Of a DNA stretch of 38,683 bases, positions 19,153 through 27,845 are shown piece after piece. The notes beneath the pieces were generated by a model that was given only the letters and a program-made list of their open reading frames with translations, did no database searches and was not told where the DNA came from. Position 1 is the stretch's first letter. Every line of letters starts with the position of its first letter. Location of the stretch: NCBI GenBank assembly GCA_033178465.1, contig GCA_033178465.1_4726.3. The stretch is one strand, 5' to 3'. A program made the position numbers and the translations under genes. Source of the DNA: a phage.

Positions 19153-19303
19153 TCGTCCATCACGACGAAAGGACGTTATGTGACGCGGTGTCCATAACGG
19201 CCCTGGTAGCAGGCATTAAAAGATAACAAAAGGATGTAAGTTGAGCTAAACCACCTAAATACGGTAACGATTACTTCCGTACACAATATAACGTAACATC
19301 TTT

Positions 19304-20113
19304 TTACCAATGATTAAAGCTGCCCGCTTTAACGACGTCACAGCGCAGATGGTTACGTAACTGATCCAGGAAGACAACCGGACTGTCGCCAGACAACATA
19401 GCCAGCGCGTGTTGACCGCCGGAACGAACAACAAGCTCATCAACCATTGGTGCTGTAATCGGGAGATCATACGCATCCATGATTGCTTTGGCTTCCTGTT
19501 CTACGTCTTTCTGGAACCCTTCCATCGTCGGAGAGTCATATTTGGTTGCAAACTCGATCCCAGGCAAGTTAACGTAATCGTAAGTCATGACACGGGTCAT
19601 AACACGACGGCGCTCACGTTGCCAGATCTGAGGATCGGTTAACGCGCGAACCGAAAAACACACGTTCACCAACGGCGTTTCAAAATCTTTACGTAATGGA
19701 TCACCGTACGGCCCACAAGGAATAACATCCCCCATCACCATCACGACAGGACGACCACGACGATCGCGTCCCGCTTCTTCTAACCAAATCTTAGAAAAAC
19801 AATGGCTCACCTTCGTTTCTTCGATTCGTAATGCTCGCTGTAAAAAGCTGGTTGCATCCTGACCGATCTCTGGTTTAGGGTGACCGTATTCACCTTTCAA
19901 CGAACGATTGCGCGCGTTTGTTTGCAATAAGCTGTTTTCCAGGAACAGCGGTTTCGAACGCTCAAGTTCGTAATATTCTTCGGTATTGTTAAAACAGTTA
20001 AATCCGCCTATAACACAGGTGTAGGCACCGTCAGCATTAGGACGGATAATACCTTTCTTATTCACACCAAGATAACTGGTGCAAACAAGATTACTAATTG
20101 GTGGTTGCATCAT
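19304..20113 (-). CDS. hypothetical protein (269 aa); weak candidate prohead protease
   Basis: ORF with two adjacent ATGs (20113, 20110) after AAGGGG. The protease suggestion rests only on position relative to the virion RNAP genes, as I recall for phiKZ-like phages, and on candidate His (GEYGHP) and Ser (VCFSVRA) residues; no motif was securely recognised. Confidence 0.5.
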   Translation of the reverse strand: MMQPPISNLVCTSYLGVNKKGIIRPNADGAYTCVIGGFNCFNNTEEYYELERSKPLFLENSLLQTNARNRSLKGEYGHPKPEIGQDATSFLQRALRIEETKVSHCFSKIWLEEAGRDRRGRPVVMVMGDVIPCGPYGDPLRKDFETPLVNVCFSVRALTDPQIWQRERRRVMTRVMTYDYVNLPGIEFATKYDSPTMEGFQKDVEQEAKAIMDAYDLPITAPMVDELVVRSGGQHALAMLSGDSPVVFLDQLRNHLRCDVVKAGSFNHW

Positions 20114-20193
20114 AACCCCTTTATAAGCAACTGAATGAAAAAAAGCGTTACATTCCCGCTTTTACATCAAGAAGGTGACGCGTAAGCGTTATA

Positions 20194-20925
20194 TCACCAT
20201 TCATACGATCCGGCGCACTGATGCCCCAATAGTACCAACGCGTCGTCTTTGGCAGCCAGGTATTTTTCTAACGTTATCCGTGAAACAGACACATTAGAGA
20301 AATCCATCACCCCTAAGCGATGATCGTAATGGTTAATTTGCATCCGGTAGTAACCTTTCTTTACCACCAGAAACTCGCCTTGACGCAACCATAGCGGAAC
20401 GTTATCAACCTCCGCATGGATATAAAACACCGGACATTCTGTCGTAACGGAGTTTTCCTTTCCATCGCTATCTGTAATCTTCCCTTTGGGAACAGCCGCG
20501 ATAAAACATTCTCCGATACGCTCGGTTTGATACCCGTTTGGATAACGCGGATCGTGAAATAACCAGTGCTCATCGCTAATATCAACATCGGATAATAACG
20601 TACGATGTGGACGTAGGGCGATATCAAACGGAACACGATAAATAACGTACCCGCCTAACCAATGGGTTAAGTGACCACCGGAATAGTACTGCTTGATTGC
20701 GGTACTGTAACCGTATATACAACCCATCAAACTACTGGATACACAGATCCTCGGAAACGACCCGTCTTCCATACGCAAGGTACGTTGAGGGATACGTGGC
20801 ATCATCGTTTTCAGTTCGGTATCGGTGCTGATATGCAATAAACCGAAAGGAAGCGTTTTACTCGGCACCCACGCACAACGTTCCATAATCGCTCTTGGGA
20901 CAATAGTCTCGATAGACGATAACAT
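20194..20925 (-). CDS. hypothetical protein (243 aa)
   Basis: ORF with ATG at 20923-20925, GAGGGGG upstream; starts 1 nt after the upstream TGA stop. Confidence 0.55.
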   Translation of the reverse strand: MLSSIETIVPRAIMERCAWVPSKTLPFGLLHISTDTELKTMMPRIPQRTLRMEDGSFPRICVSSSLMGCIYGYSTAIKQYYSGGHLTHWLGGYVIYRVPFDIALRPHRTLLSDVDISDEHWLFHDPRYPNGYQTERIGECFIAAVPKGKITDSDGKENSVTTECPVFYIHAEVDNVPLWLRQGEFLVVKKGYYRMQINHYDHRLGVMDFSNVSVSRITLEKYLAAKDDALVLLGHQCAGSYEW

Positions 20926-20926
20926 A

Positions 20927-21637
20927 TCACCCCCTCAGAATCGCTTCTGTTTCGCTGATCGTATCCGCAGGATAAACCAAACTACTATCGATTGCGTTAT
21001 TCACGTAACCACCCATTAAGTTGGTGATGGTGTTTGTACCACTATCGATAATGTTTCGTAATCCGATGTCGATGGCTTTTAAGGTGCTGCGTTCTTCATC
21101 TGAAAGCAGACGCCATGCCCGACGACGATCGTTGGGGTCACGCGTGGTGATAGAAGCCAGAACAGAATAGATGCTGCTATCCGCATTCAATTTAACACCA
21201 GCCAATTTCGCTGACGTGTAGAGCAGCTGATATTTTTCTTTCTCAGTGTACCACCATGGCACTTTACCGAGCGTATAGATCTCGTTATACATCAGCCATG
21301 GGAAAGAGTTTCGCATCACGACATCGGTTGACACCAACACCGTGTCGCCGGGAAGAAACACAAATTCATAAAACGGCTGACCATCCATGGTAATTTCACG
21401 GATGTCAGACGGGTCGATATGGAGCTGGGTCAATGCGTGGCTGACACCATACTGACCATCGGGAAGAATAATCGGGCAGCACGCACAAACCCGGTTCTCA
21501 CTCCCGATGATAGATAAACCCAATCCCTCGTAACGGACGGGCGTCAGAATCGAACACCCGCCACGAGTAACAACAGATTTATCTTCTTGTATGTCCCAGT
21601 CCGCAAGCACCGCAGCACCGTTGCGGACAAGCGCCAT
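20927..21637 (-). CDS. hypothetical protein (236 aa)
   Basis: ORF with ATG at 21635-21637 directly abutting the upstream TAA; GAGGTG 5 nt upstream. Confidence 0.6.
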   Translation of the reverse strand: MALVRNGAAVLADWDIQEDKSVVTRGGCSILTPVRYEGLGLSIIGSENRVCACCPIILPDGQYGVSHALTQLHIDPSDIREITMDGQPFYEFVFLPGDTVLVSTDVVMRNSFPWLMYNEIYTLGKVPWWYTEKEKYQLLYTSAKLAGVKLNADSSIYSVLASITTRDPNDRRRAWRLLSDEERSTLKAIDIGLRNIIDSGTNTITNLMGGYVNNAIDSSLVYPADTISETEAILRG

Positions 21638-23161
21638 TTACACCTCGCTAATCTGGATAACGTAAAGCTGCTGGGCCACGTAATCGGTGGTCAGATGCAT
21701 CGTTGCGATGGTCGCTGCTTCGAACACCGTGAGTTCAGGACGTTCACGCATAATCAAATCGATCTCGTCGATGAGACGGTTAACGCCTTGAGCGTCTTCA
21801 TGATGCATGGTTTTCACGTACAGTGTACGGAAATACTGCTGGAAGTTAGCTACGTCGGTATCGGTAAGGGTAGCAACTTCACCACGTACGATTTCCATAA
21901 CCTTCTTACGGGTATCTTCATCGAGGTCCACGGTAATCAGATCAGCAAATACACCCTGCAATGCCAACGCGTATGCACGTAAGCGGTTTGCGGCTTGCTG
22001 GCTGGCTTTCATGTTAATGTAGTTACGGTAATGCTGCATGAAGCCCGCACCGTTAGCCAACAGTTCATCTTTACTGATGAGTTCACGTTCTAACAGGACA
22101 GCTGCGGTCAGTGCTTCCGGCGAACCACCTTCTTGCAGATAACCCATGTAGACGTCTGCGTTAACGAAAATCGTCATCGTTGACGCGTCTTCAGCACGTT
22201 GAATCTGAGAAGCTGATGGCGCAGAAAGAATCAGCTCACCACGCTCCATACGCAGGATACGATCGCGACCGACGCGTGCCATCCCGTTGATCGCCGCAGC
22301 ACGAGCTTGTTGCATTTTAGCGCGGTAGTTTTCAAGCATCATGTCGTTGCCGTCCTGGATATCTTCCAGCAGGTTAACGGCCCACATATAGCAGAGGAAT
22401 GCAGGAGTTGCCGCAGCGCGGGAACCGTGGAATGCAACGTTATCGCTATCCGGATACGTAATCAGATAAGCGGTGTTGTTCGAAGAAGGAGCGGAACCAC
22501 GGAAGAAATAGTTGTAGATGTCTTCCAGTGCCTGATCGCTCATCCCTTCCGTTGCTTGCTGTACAAAACGATCCAGGTTTTCATTACCGGTATACAGCAA
22601 CGTACGCAGCTTATCACCGGTGATAAACGCAAGCTTTCCGGTTGGAGTGAAATCGTTATTAATCGAAATCAAGCCATTGAGATCGTAATCGCTAACTAAT
22701 GCCTGATATTCTTCAGAGTTATAAAACTCAGGATAGTAACTCAGACTTACTGTCGGGATCAGTTTCGGTGCCAGGATGATCGAATCGATACGTTTTTCCA
22801 GTTCCGGGTACAGCGCACGGCATTTCGGCAGGATGGTATTACGCGCCAACTCTTTGGCATACACCACTTTTTCCACCACGTCTTGAACTGCGGTCTGTAA
22901 AACTTCATCGTGGATATAAACCTCGCGTTCGCTGGCAGGTGCTACAACGCCATCTTCGGTTTCATCAAGTGTTTCAGCAACAACCATACGTTCAGCACTA
23001 AGCTGTACCAACGCATCCGCGTCTTCCGGCGGCTGGTTCCAGTGCATGGTTTCACAAACCGCGGCTAACGGAGTACCTGGAATCGCAGCGACGATTTGGT
23101 TACGTTTGATAAACCCTTCGACAATAGGCTCAACAGCATAAACGGTTTTATTGGTGATCAT
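21638..23161 (-). CDS. hypothetical protein (507 aa)
   Basis: ORF with ATG at 23159-23161 overlapping the upstream stop (TAATG); GGAGGGAG upstream. Confidence 0.6.
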   Translation of the reverse strand: MITNKTVYAVEPIVEGFIKRNQIVAAIPGTPLAAVCETMHWNQPPEDADALVQLSAERMVVAETLDETEDGVVAPASEREVYIHDEVLQTAVQDVVEKVVYAKELARNTILPKCRALYPELEKRIDSIILAPKLIPTVSLSYYPEFYNSEEYQALVSDYDLNGLISINNDFTPTGKLAFITGDKLRTLLYTGNENLDRFVQQATEGMSDQALEDIYNYFFRGSAPSSNNTAYLITYPDSDNVAFHGSRAAATPAFLCYMWAVNLLEDIQDGNDMMLENYRAKMQQARAAAINGMARVGRDRILRMERGELILSAPSASQIQRAEDASTMTIFVNADVYMGYLQEGGSPEALTAAVLLERELISKDELLANGAGFMQHYRNYINMKASQQAANRLRAYALALQGVFADLITVDLDEDTRKKVMEIVRGEVATLTDTDVANFQQYFRTLYVKTMHHEDAQGVNRLIDEIDLIMRERPELTVFEAATIATMHLTTDYVAQQLYVIQISEV

Positions 23162-23394
23162 TACTGCGCTCCCTCCAACGCATTACTACCTACGGGTTCT
23201 TTGGTTTCCAGACGGCTGTTTAAGCGCGCAGCAACCGCATCTTCCAATCCCAACGGCATAACCTTTTTGTTCACGTCAGGATCGGCGGCATCATTACCAA
23301 CGGTTTGACGTACGACCTCAGCAACCAACGTTACCGCGTTCGTCAGCGCAACAAAGCTCGCTGCCCGAGCCGTGTTAAGTTGTTCTTGGTTCAT
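23161..23394 (-). CDS. hypothetical small protein (77 aa)
   Basis: Short ORF with ATG at 23392-23394 and AGGA upstream; first gene after the terminator that follows the RNAP beta-like gene; translationally coupled to the 507-aa gene. Confidence 0.45.
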   Translation of the reverse strand: MNQEQLNTARAASFVALTNAVTLVAEVVRQTVGNDAADPDVNKKVMPLGLEDAVAARLNSRLETKEPVGSNALEGAQ

Positions 23395-23425
23395 TCACTT
23401 TTCCTTTTAATGTCAGAGCATCGCA

Positions 23426-23445
23426 TTCTTGACGTATGTCAAGAA
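23426..23445 (-). promoter_or_regulatory. inverted repeat TTCTTGAC-GTAT-GTCAAGAA (candidate operator or promoter element)
   Basis: Perfect 8-bp arms with 4-nt spacer, located between the terminator at 23470..23495 and the start of the 77-aa gene; contains TTGACA. Confidence 0.3.
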
Positions 23446-23469
23446 GGTACTGCGTTCAGCGAAATAAAC

Positions 23470-23495
23470 GAGCAGGGGCATGAAGCCCCCTGCTC
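23470..23495 (-). terminator. intrinsic terminator GAGCAGGGG-(8 nt)-CCCCTGCTC after the RNAP beta-like gene
   Basis: Perfect 9-bp stem starting 1 nt after the TAA stop at 23496..23498; T-rich sequence on both sides (minus strand: GUUUAUUUCGCU). Confidence 0.55.
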
Positions 23496-26400
23496 TTATT
23501 TGGCGTCGTTAAAATAAATATCAACAGCTCGTTCCGTTGCGTAGAGGAGACCAAGATTCACAGTCCCAACCACTTCCGGTGAACCGATGATACGGTTAGC
23601 GATACTGGTGCCACTGAAGATAGCATCAAGGGTGTGCCCGTCTTCGGTTTTGTTCACACCATGACCCACGGAAGAGACAACGGATTTCGCTTGAGCTGCG
23701 AAGGTACCTTTATCACCCATCCCCGCACCAAGGTCGTAACGCATGAAAATACGGATGGCGATCTGGTTCTCGCCTAACGGATTACCGTCTATTCTCACGT
23801 TACTGTTATTGATACGTCCCGTTGTTGCTTCGTTGAGTTTCAGTTCCTTGACACGTTTAGCTCGCGCTTTATCCGCCTCACCGACGAGGGCCGCCATGGT
23901 TTCACTCATGTCCTCAATCTGAGCGCGGTACAGTACATCGATCTGTACAACTTCACCATGAACATCAGCACGTGGGTTATACTGACTCATACGACGTAAT
24001 GCTTCAACGGCTTCCTGACTCTCATCACTCAGATCAGTTGCAATCGGTTCTTCCAGTGTTGCAAGGATCGTTCGTGGTTCAACATGATCGCCGATTTTCA
24101 CGAGACCACGAATGTTGAGATGAGCGTCAACAATGAGGGTACGGCTCTTAATCGATGGTGTTACGAGACGATCGGCAAGATTGTCGAAGATATACGAACT
24201 GTCCTCATGCGTCTCTGGAATATCCAGAATACCGACAAGAGACAGAACACCTGCACGCCAAACAACCTGACCTGGGTTCCACCAGTCGCGTTTAAAATAA
24301 AGACGATGGAAAACCACCACATCCTGATCCTTAACGCGATCCCCGACTTTATAATCGGTAATGAGATCGTGAGGATAATACTTACCTGGTCCTTTCCCGA
24401 TTATCGTACCGAGTTGGAAAACCTCTTCTCCTAACTCTGGATCGTCGTATTGTACCGTAAGCGCAGTTTTGGTGACCTTCTTAACAACACCATCGCCTTG
24501 GGCAGCTGCTGCAAAGAGCTTACCAACACGATGCGCGATGACAGTCTCACCACCGGTGCGCCACGGTTGTACATCGTAACCTTCAGCGGCAATCATGCGG
24601 TTGTGTTGGATCCCGACGAAGACCAGACGTTTTCCATCATCACGGTCTACAGCCGGAACAGCTAACGCCGATGTACTCATTACCGATGAGATACCATCTG
24701 TCTTTTCATCGAATGGTCGTGTTTCACCATACACCGACACGATATTAGCATTAGGTGCAAGGTAAGCAGAGATACCCACATCCCCGCTATCCTTCGTACC
24801 TTCTGATACAATACCGACATCTGACTTGTCGTACTCACGATCACGTGCACGTCGAAGCGATGTCTTTGAACGACCCCCGATACCGGTCATCGTCGCTTCT
24901 TCACCCTGCTTGATATCCAGCATCGGGTTGGTTTCATCGATCACGATGGAAGCGCTGTCGTCGAGAATTTGGTTCCAGACACTTACCGGACTGATTGAGA
25001 TTTTCTGACGATTTCCTTGACTGCTGTTCTCATTCTGACGAATAGCGCCAACCAGATCCTTATACACCAATTCAGCGAACTTATCGTACGTTTTAAAACG
25101 TTGGTAGTTCACATCGTTCGTGTTAGGAGCCCAATCATCCAGAAGCAGTTCAACAGCACGCAGCAGCAACATGGCGAAATCGGTAGGTTCTCCCATGTTC
25201 TGTAGCAACGTACGGCTTACCGGATCAACGAAAAGACGCTCCATGAGTTCAAGTTCGCGCAAATGACGAACCTTAAGTCCAGCACCATCGACAACGTTAA
25301 AATAGATATCTCGATTGTCGAAAGCACCGCGAGCGTAACCAATGTAGTTACGGTACTCGTTGAACCCACCCAACAGTAACGTCGTCATGCGATCGTCTTT
25401 ACTGAAAATCAAACTTTCGTCGTCAAAGCTCACCGCGAATTCATCGGGTGCTAGACCCATACGAGAGCCGCGAGGTACCGTACGATAGTTCGCTTTAAGA
25501 TGTTCTAATAACGGGGTAAGTCCACCCAGATAACTTAGAACAACACCAACCGGAATACGTACACCCATGAATTCAAGATCAGCGGCTTCGATCGGCATCT
25601 TAGCCGCATTGATACCGAAGAAATCAGGGAACGTCCCTACAGGTGTTGGTGTTTGTCCTGACTGACAGATATAGAGATGATTGCGTTTATCGATTGCTAA
25701 GAATTCACCCAGCGTGTTACGCGCAAACGTCAGGAGCCCTTCGGCTAACTGTTCGTTGAACCGATCTTCCCCGATAAACTCCGGCAATGTCTTTGTATCG
25801 AGACGTATATCCCAATCAGCAAATTGGATTTGGGTATAATTGCGCGCAAGCACTGCGAAGTAGTACGGAACTTTGACAGCCGGATCAAAGACGTTACCGC
25901 GTTTCAACGTGGTTAAGGGTGAGGATTTATCGTAATACATCGCCGTAAGTTGACGTGTTAGCCAACGACCGGCGTTATTAACGACGCGCTCTGAACGTTT
26001 AACAAACACCTTACCGTAGGCGGTACTCAACGCAACTTCAGATGACGATACCTTTCTAATAGGTTTATCGACGCGTTGTTTACGCATCCGGTACTTGATG
26101 CCGTTAACGACATAAATGCCGTCCTTACGAACCTTCGGCAACATCACCGGGAACGTGGTCGGGACACCGCCTACGGGAGCCAGTTTAATCGTGATGACTT
26201 GGTAATCCCCCATCACGTCAACAACATCTTCGACTTTATATCCCGTGACTGGGTAACCCGCTTGCTGTACAGCAACAACGGCAGCTGCGATGTCCTTTTG
26301 CATTACGTGTTCGACGTAATGTTTATCCCACACCGCGAGCGTCGATTTGCATAGGCTCTTATCGACGATAACATCCGCTTCCGGCATAACCTTCGCAGGA

Positions 26401-27842
26401 GCTAATTTCGCGGCTTTTGGTTTGACTTCAACATACTCAGCGAGCGTGAGTCCAGAACCGTCAGGTGCTTCGATTTCATGGATGGCGTCAGCATTACGCA
26501 TCGCTGCTTTATATTGGACGCCACTTAACTGACCTGCATCGGCCAGATCGCTCGCGCGCACCAACACCGCATCCGATAACGACTGAATATATTCGCCATG
26601 CGTTTTCGGTAACGTTGCCGCGTCAAAGACATCAACCTTTTCTTCTTCGGTATCGTCGGTAACGACTTCGAAGAGATCGTCGGTAATGTCCTGATCTTCA
26701 TCGGGTTGGAAATCTGGTTGTACTTCTACCCCGGGTACTTCACGGACATCTTCGAACGAGCGTTCTACAATGGCGTTCCACGCATCGGCATCATCGTCTT
26801 CATCCGACCCACCAACCAACTCCGCTTCTAACTCATCGGGGTCAAGAACGGTAGCCAGATCCTCACCGTTAGGAAGCACGACGTCGCGATCGTCATACTC
26901 CGCATCCGGGCTGTCCGCAAGAATATCTCGCTCTTGACGAAGAACCTGTTCCTCTTCTTGTTTCTGTTCTTCTTCATTCGCGCTCTGCGACCACAGACGT
27001 GTTACCGCCATCATCCAACGACGCTGGAAGGTTTCGAGTGTCGTTTTGTCGAGTTCTTCCCCTTCCTTTACAAGCCCGGTACGCCATTCTTCCAGCAAGC
27101 CGAGATTCAGTGTGAAGAAGTACACACCGTCTGTAAATACAACGTTAAGCTTATCCAGCGTGGCTCTGTCTAACGAAGCCATCGTGCTGTTCTCACGATC
27201 GACGCCCAGCCAGCGGAAGAAGTCAAAGAACGACAGCTCCTCCGGTGTGGCGAAATTCATGAGGTTGTTACGGGTCGGTGCCTGTTGCGTGGTACGCATC
27301 AACGAAATCTTCGGCAATGTTGACGGTATACGGAACAACAGAAAGTGTTGACGATCGCTTTGCTGTGCGATTTCGTTGGCTTTCGACCAAATTGTTTTAC
27401 GTACGTTGAACCATTCATCATACCAACGGGTGAGCGTTGGACGATAGATGTACATGTGGTTAAGATGCGCGTAGTTAGCAACAATCTGAGCGTTGATGTT
27501 TTTCTCCACCGTACTTAGATCGGTAACCAAACGAAAACGACGATGTGATGCACGATAATCCAATTTCGCTCGTGGAAGTTGGAATCGTTGATCACGTCGA
27601 GGTGCGCCCTGTTTGGTTGCGAGATCATCAGCAAACGAAATCCATAGTTGAGCATTTTCTTTACTCAGCATGTATTCGTTTTCTGGAGGACCTATCAATG
27701 AAGGATCCGTTGCGGTGTAATGATAGACAGCATAACGCGGCAGCTGCAATAGCTGCACTAAACGTAATCTTGGCGATAATAGCTCTTGGTAGCGTCTGAC
27801 ACCAAACTGTCGGTAGTAATCAAGGTATTTAAGTTTTGCCAT
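23496..27842 (-). CDS. multisubunit RNA polymerase beta-like subunit fragment (1448 aa)
   Basis: Residues about 983-1030 (MTGIGGRSKTSLRRARDREYDKSDVGIVSEGTKDSGDVGISAYLAPNANI) align by eye to bacterial beta [43 protein letters not shown]; the C-terminal GAGMGDKGTFAAQAK...TEDGHTLDAIFSGTSIANRIIG parallels beta GDKMAGRHGNKGV...[23 protein letters not shown]. The protein stops before the GEMEVWAL-type C-terminal module. ATG at 27840-27842, 3 nt after the stop of the beta-prime gene. Confidence 0.7.
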   Translation of the reverse strand: MAKLKYLDYYRQFGVRRYQELLSPRLRLVQLLQLPRYAVYHYTATDPSLIGPPENEYMLSKENAQLWISFADDLATKQGAPRRDQRFQLPRAKLDYRASHRRFRLVTDLSTVEKNINAQIVANYAHLNHMYIYRPTLTRWYDEWFNVRKTIWSKANEIAQQSDRQHFLLFRIPSTLPKISLMRTTQQAPTRNNLMNFATPEELSFFDFFRWLGVDRENSTMASLDRATLDKLNVVFTDGVYFFTLNLGLLEEWRTGLVKEGEELDKTTLETFQRRWMMAVTRLWSQSANEEEQKQEEEQVLRQERDILADSPDAEYDDRDVVLPNGEDLATVLDPDELEAELVGGSDEDDDADAWNAIVERSFEDVREVPGVEVQPDFQPDEDQDITDDLFEVVTDDTEEEKVDVFDAATLPKTHGEYIQSLSDAVLVRASDLADAGQLSGVQYKAAMRNADAIHEIEAPDGSGLTLAEYVEVKPKAAKLAPAKVMPEADVIVDKSLCKSTLAVWDKHYVEHVMQKDIAAAVVAVQQAGYPVTGYKVEDVVDVMGDYQVITIKLAPVGGVPTTFPVMLPKVRKDGIYVVNGIKYRMRKQRVDKPIRKVSSSEVALSTAYGKVFVKRSERVVNNAGRWLTRQLTAMYYDKSSPLTTLKRGNVFDPAVKVPYYFAVLARNYTQIQFADWDIRLDTKTLPEFIGEDRFNEQLAEGLLTFARNTLGEFLAIDKRNHLYICQSGQTPTPVGTFPDFFGINAAKMPIEAADLEFMGVRIPVGVVLSYLGGLTPLLEHLKANYRTVPRGSRMGLAPDEFAVSFDDESLIFSKDDRMTTLLLGGFNEYRNYIGYARGAFDNRDIYFNVVDGAGLKVRHLRELELMERLFVDPVSRTLLQNMGEPTDFAMLLLRAVELLLDDWAPNTNDVNYQRFKTYDKFAELVYKDLVGAIRQNENSSQGNRQKISISPVSVWNQILDDSASIVIDETNPMLDIKQGEEATMTGIGGRSKTSLRRARDREYDKSDVGIVSEGTKDSGDVGISAYLAPNANIVSVYGETRPFDEKTDGISSVMSTSALAVPAVDRDDGKRLVFVGIQHNRMIAAEGYDVQPWRTGGETVIAHRVGKLFAAAAQGDGVVKKVTKTALTVQYDDPELGEEVFQLGTIIGKGPGKYYPHDLITDYKVGDRVKDQDVVVFHRLYFKRDWWNPGQVVWRAGVLSLVGILDIPETHEDSSYIFDNLADRLVTPSIKSRTLIVDAHLNIRGLVKIGDHVEPRTILATLEEPIATDLSDESQEAVEALRRMSQYNPRADVHGEVVQIDVLYRAQIEDMSETMAALVGEADKARAKRVKELKLNEATTGRINNSNVRIDGNPLGENQIAIRIFMRYDLGAGMGDKGTFAAQAKSVVSSVGHGVNKTEDGHTLDAIFSGTSIANRIIGSPEVVGTVNLGLLYATERAVDIYFNDAK

Positions 27843-27845
27843 GGG

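Noticed and set aside
23305-23517. 70-aa plus-strand ORF over the terminator and the end of the RNAP beta-like gene
   Set aside because: Covers a hairpin terminator and is antisense to neighbouring genes; no SD.
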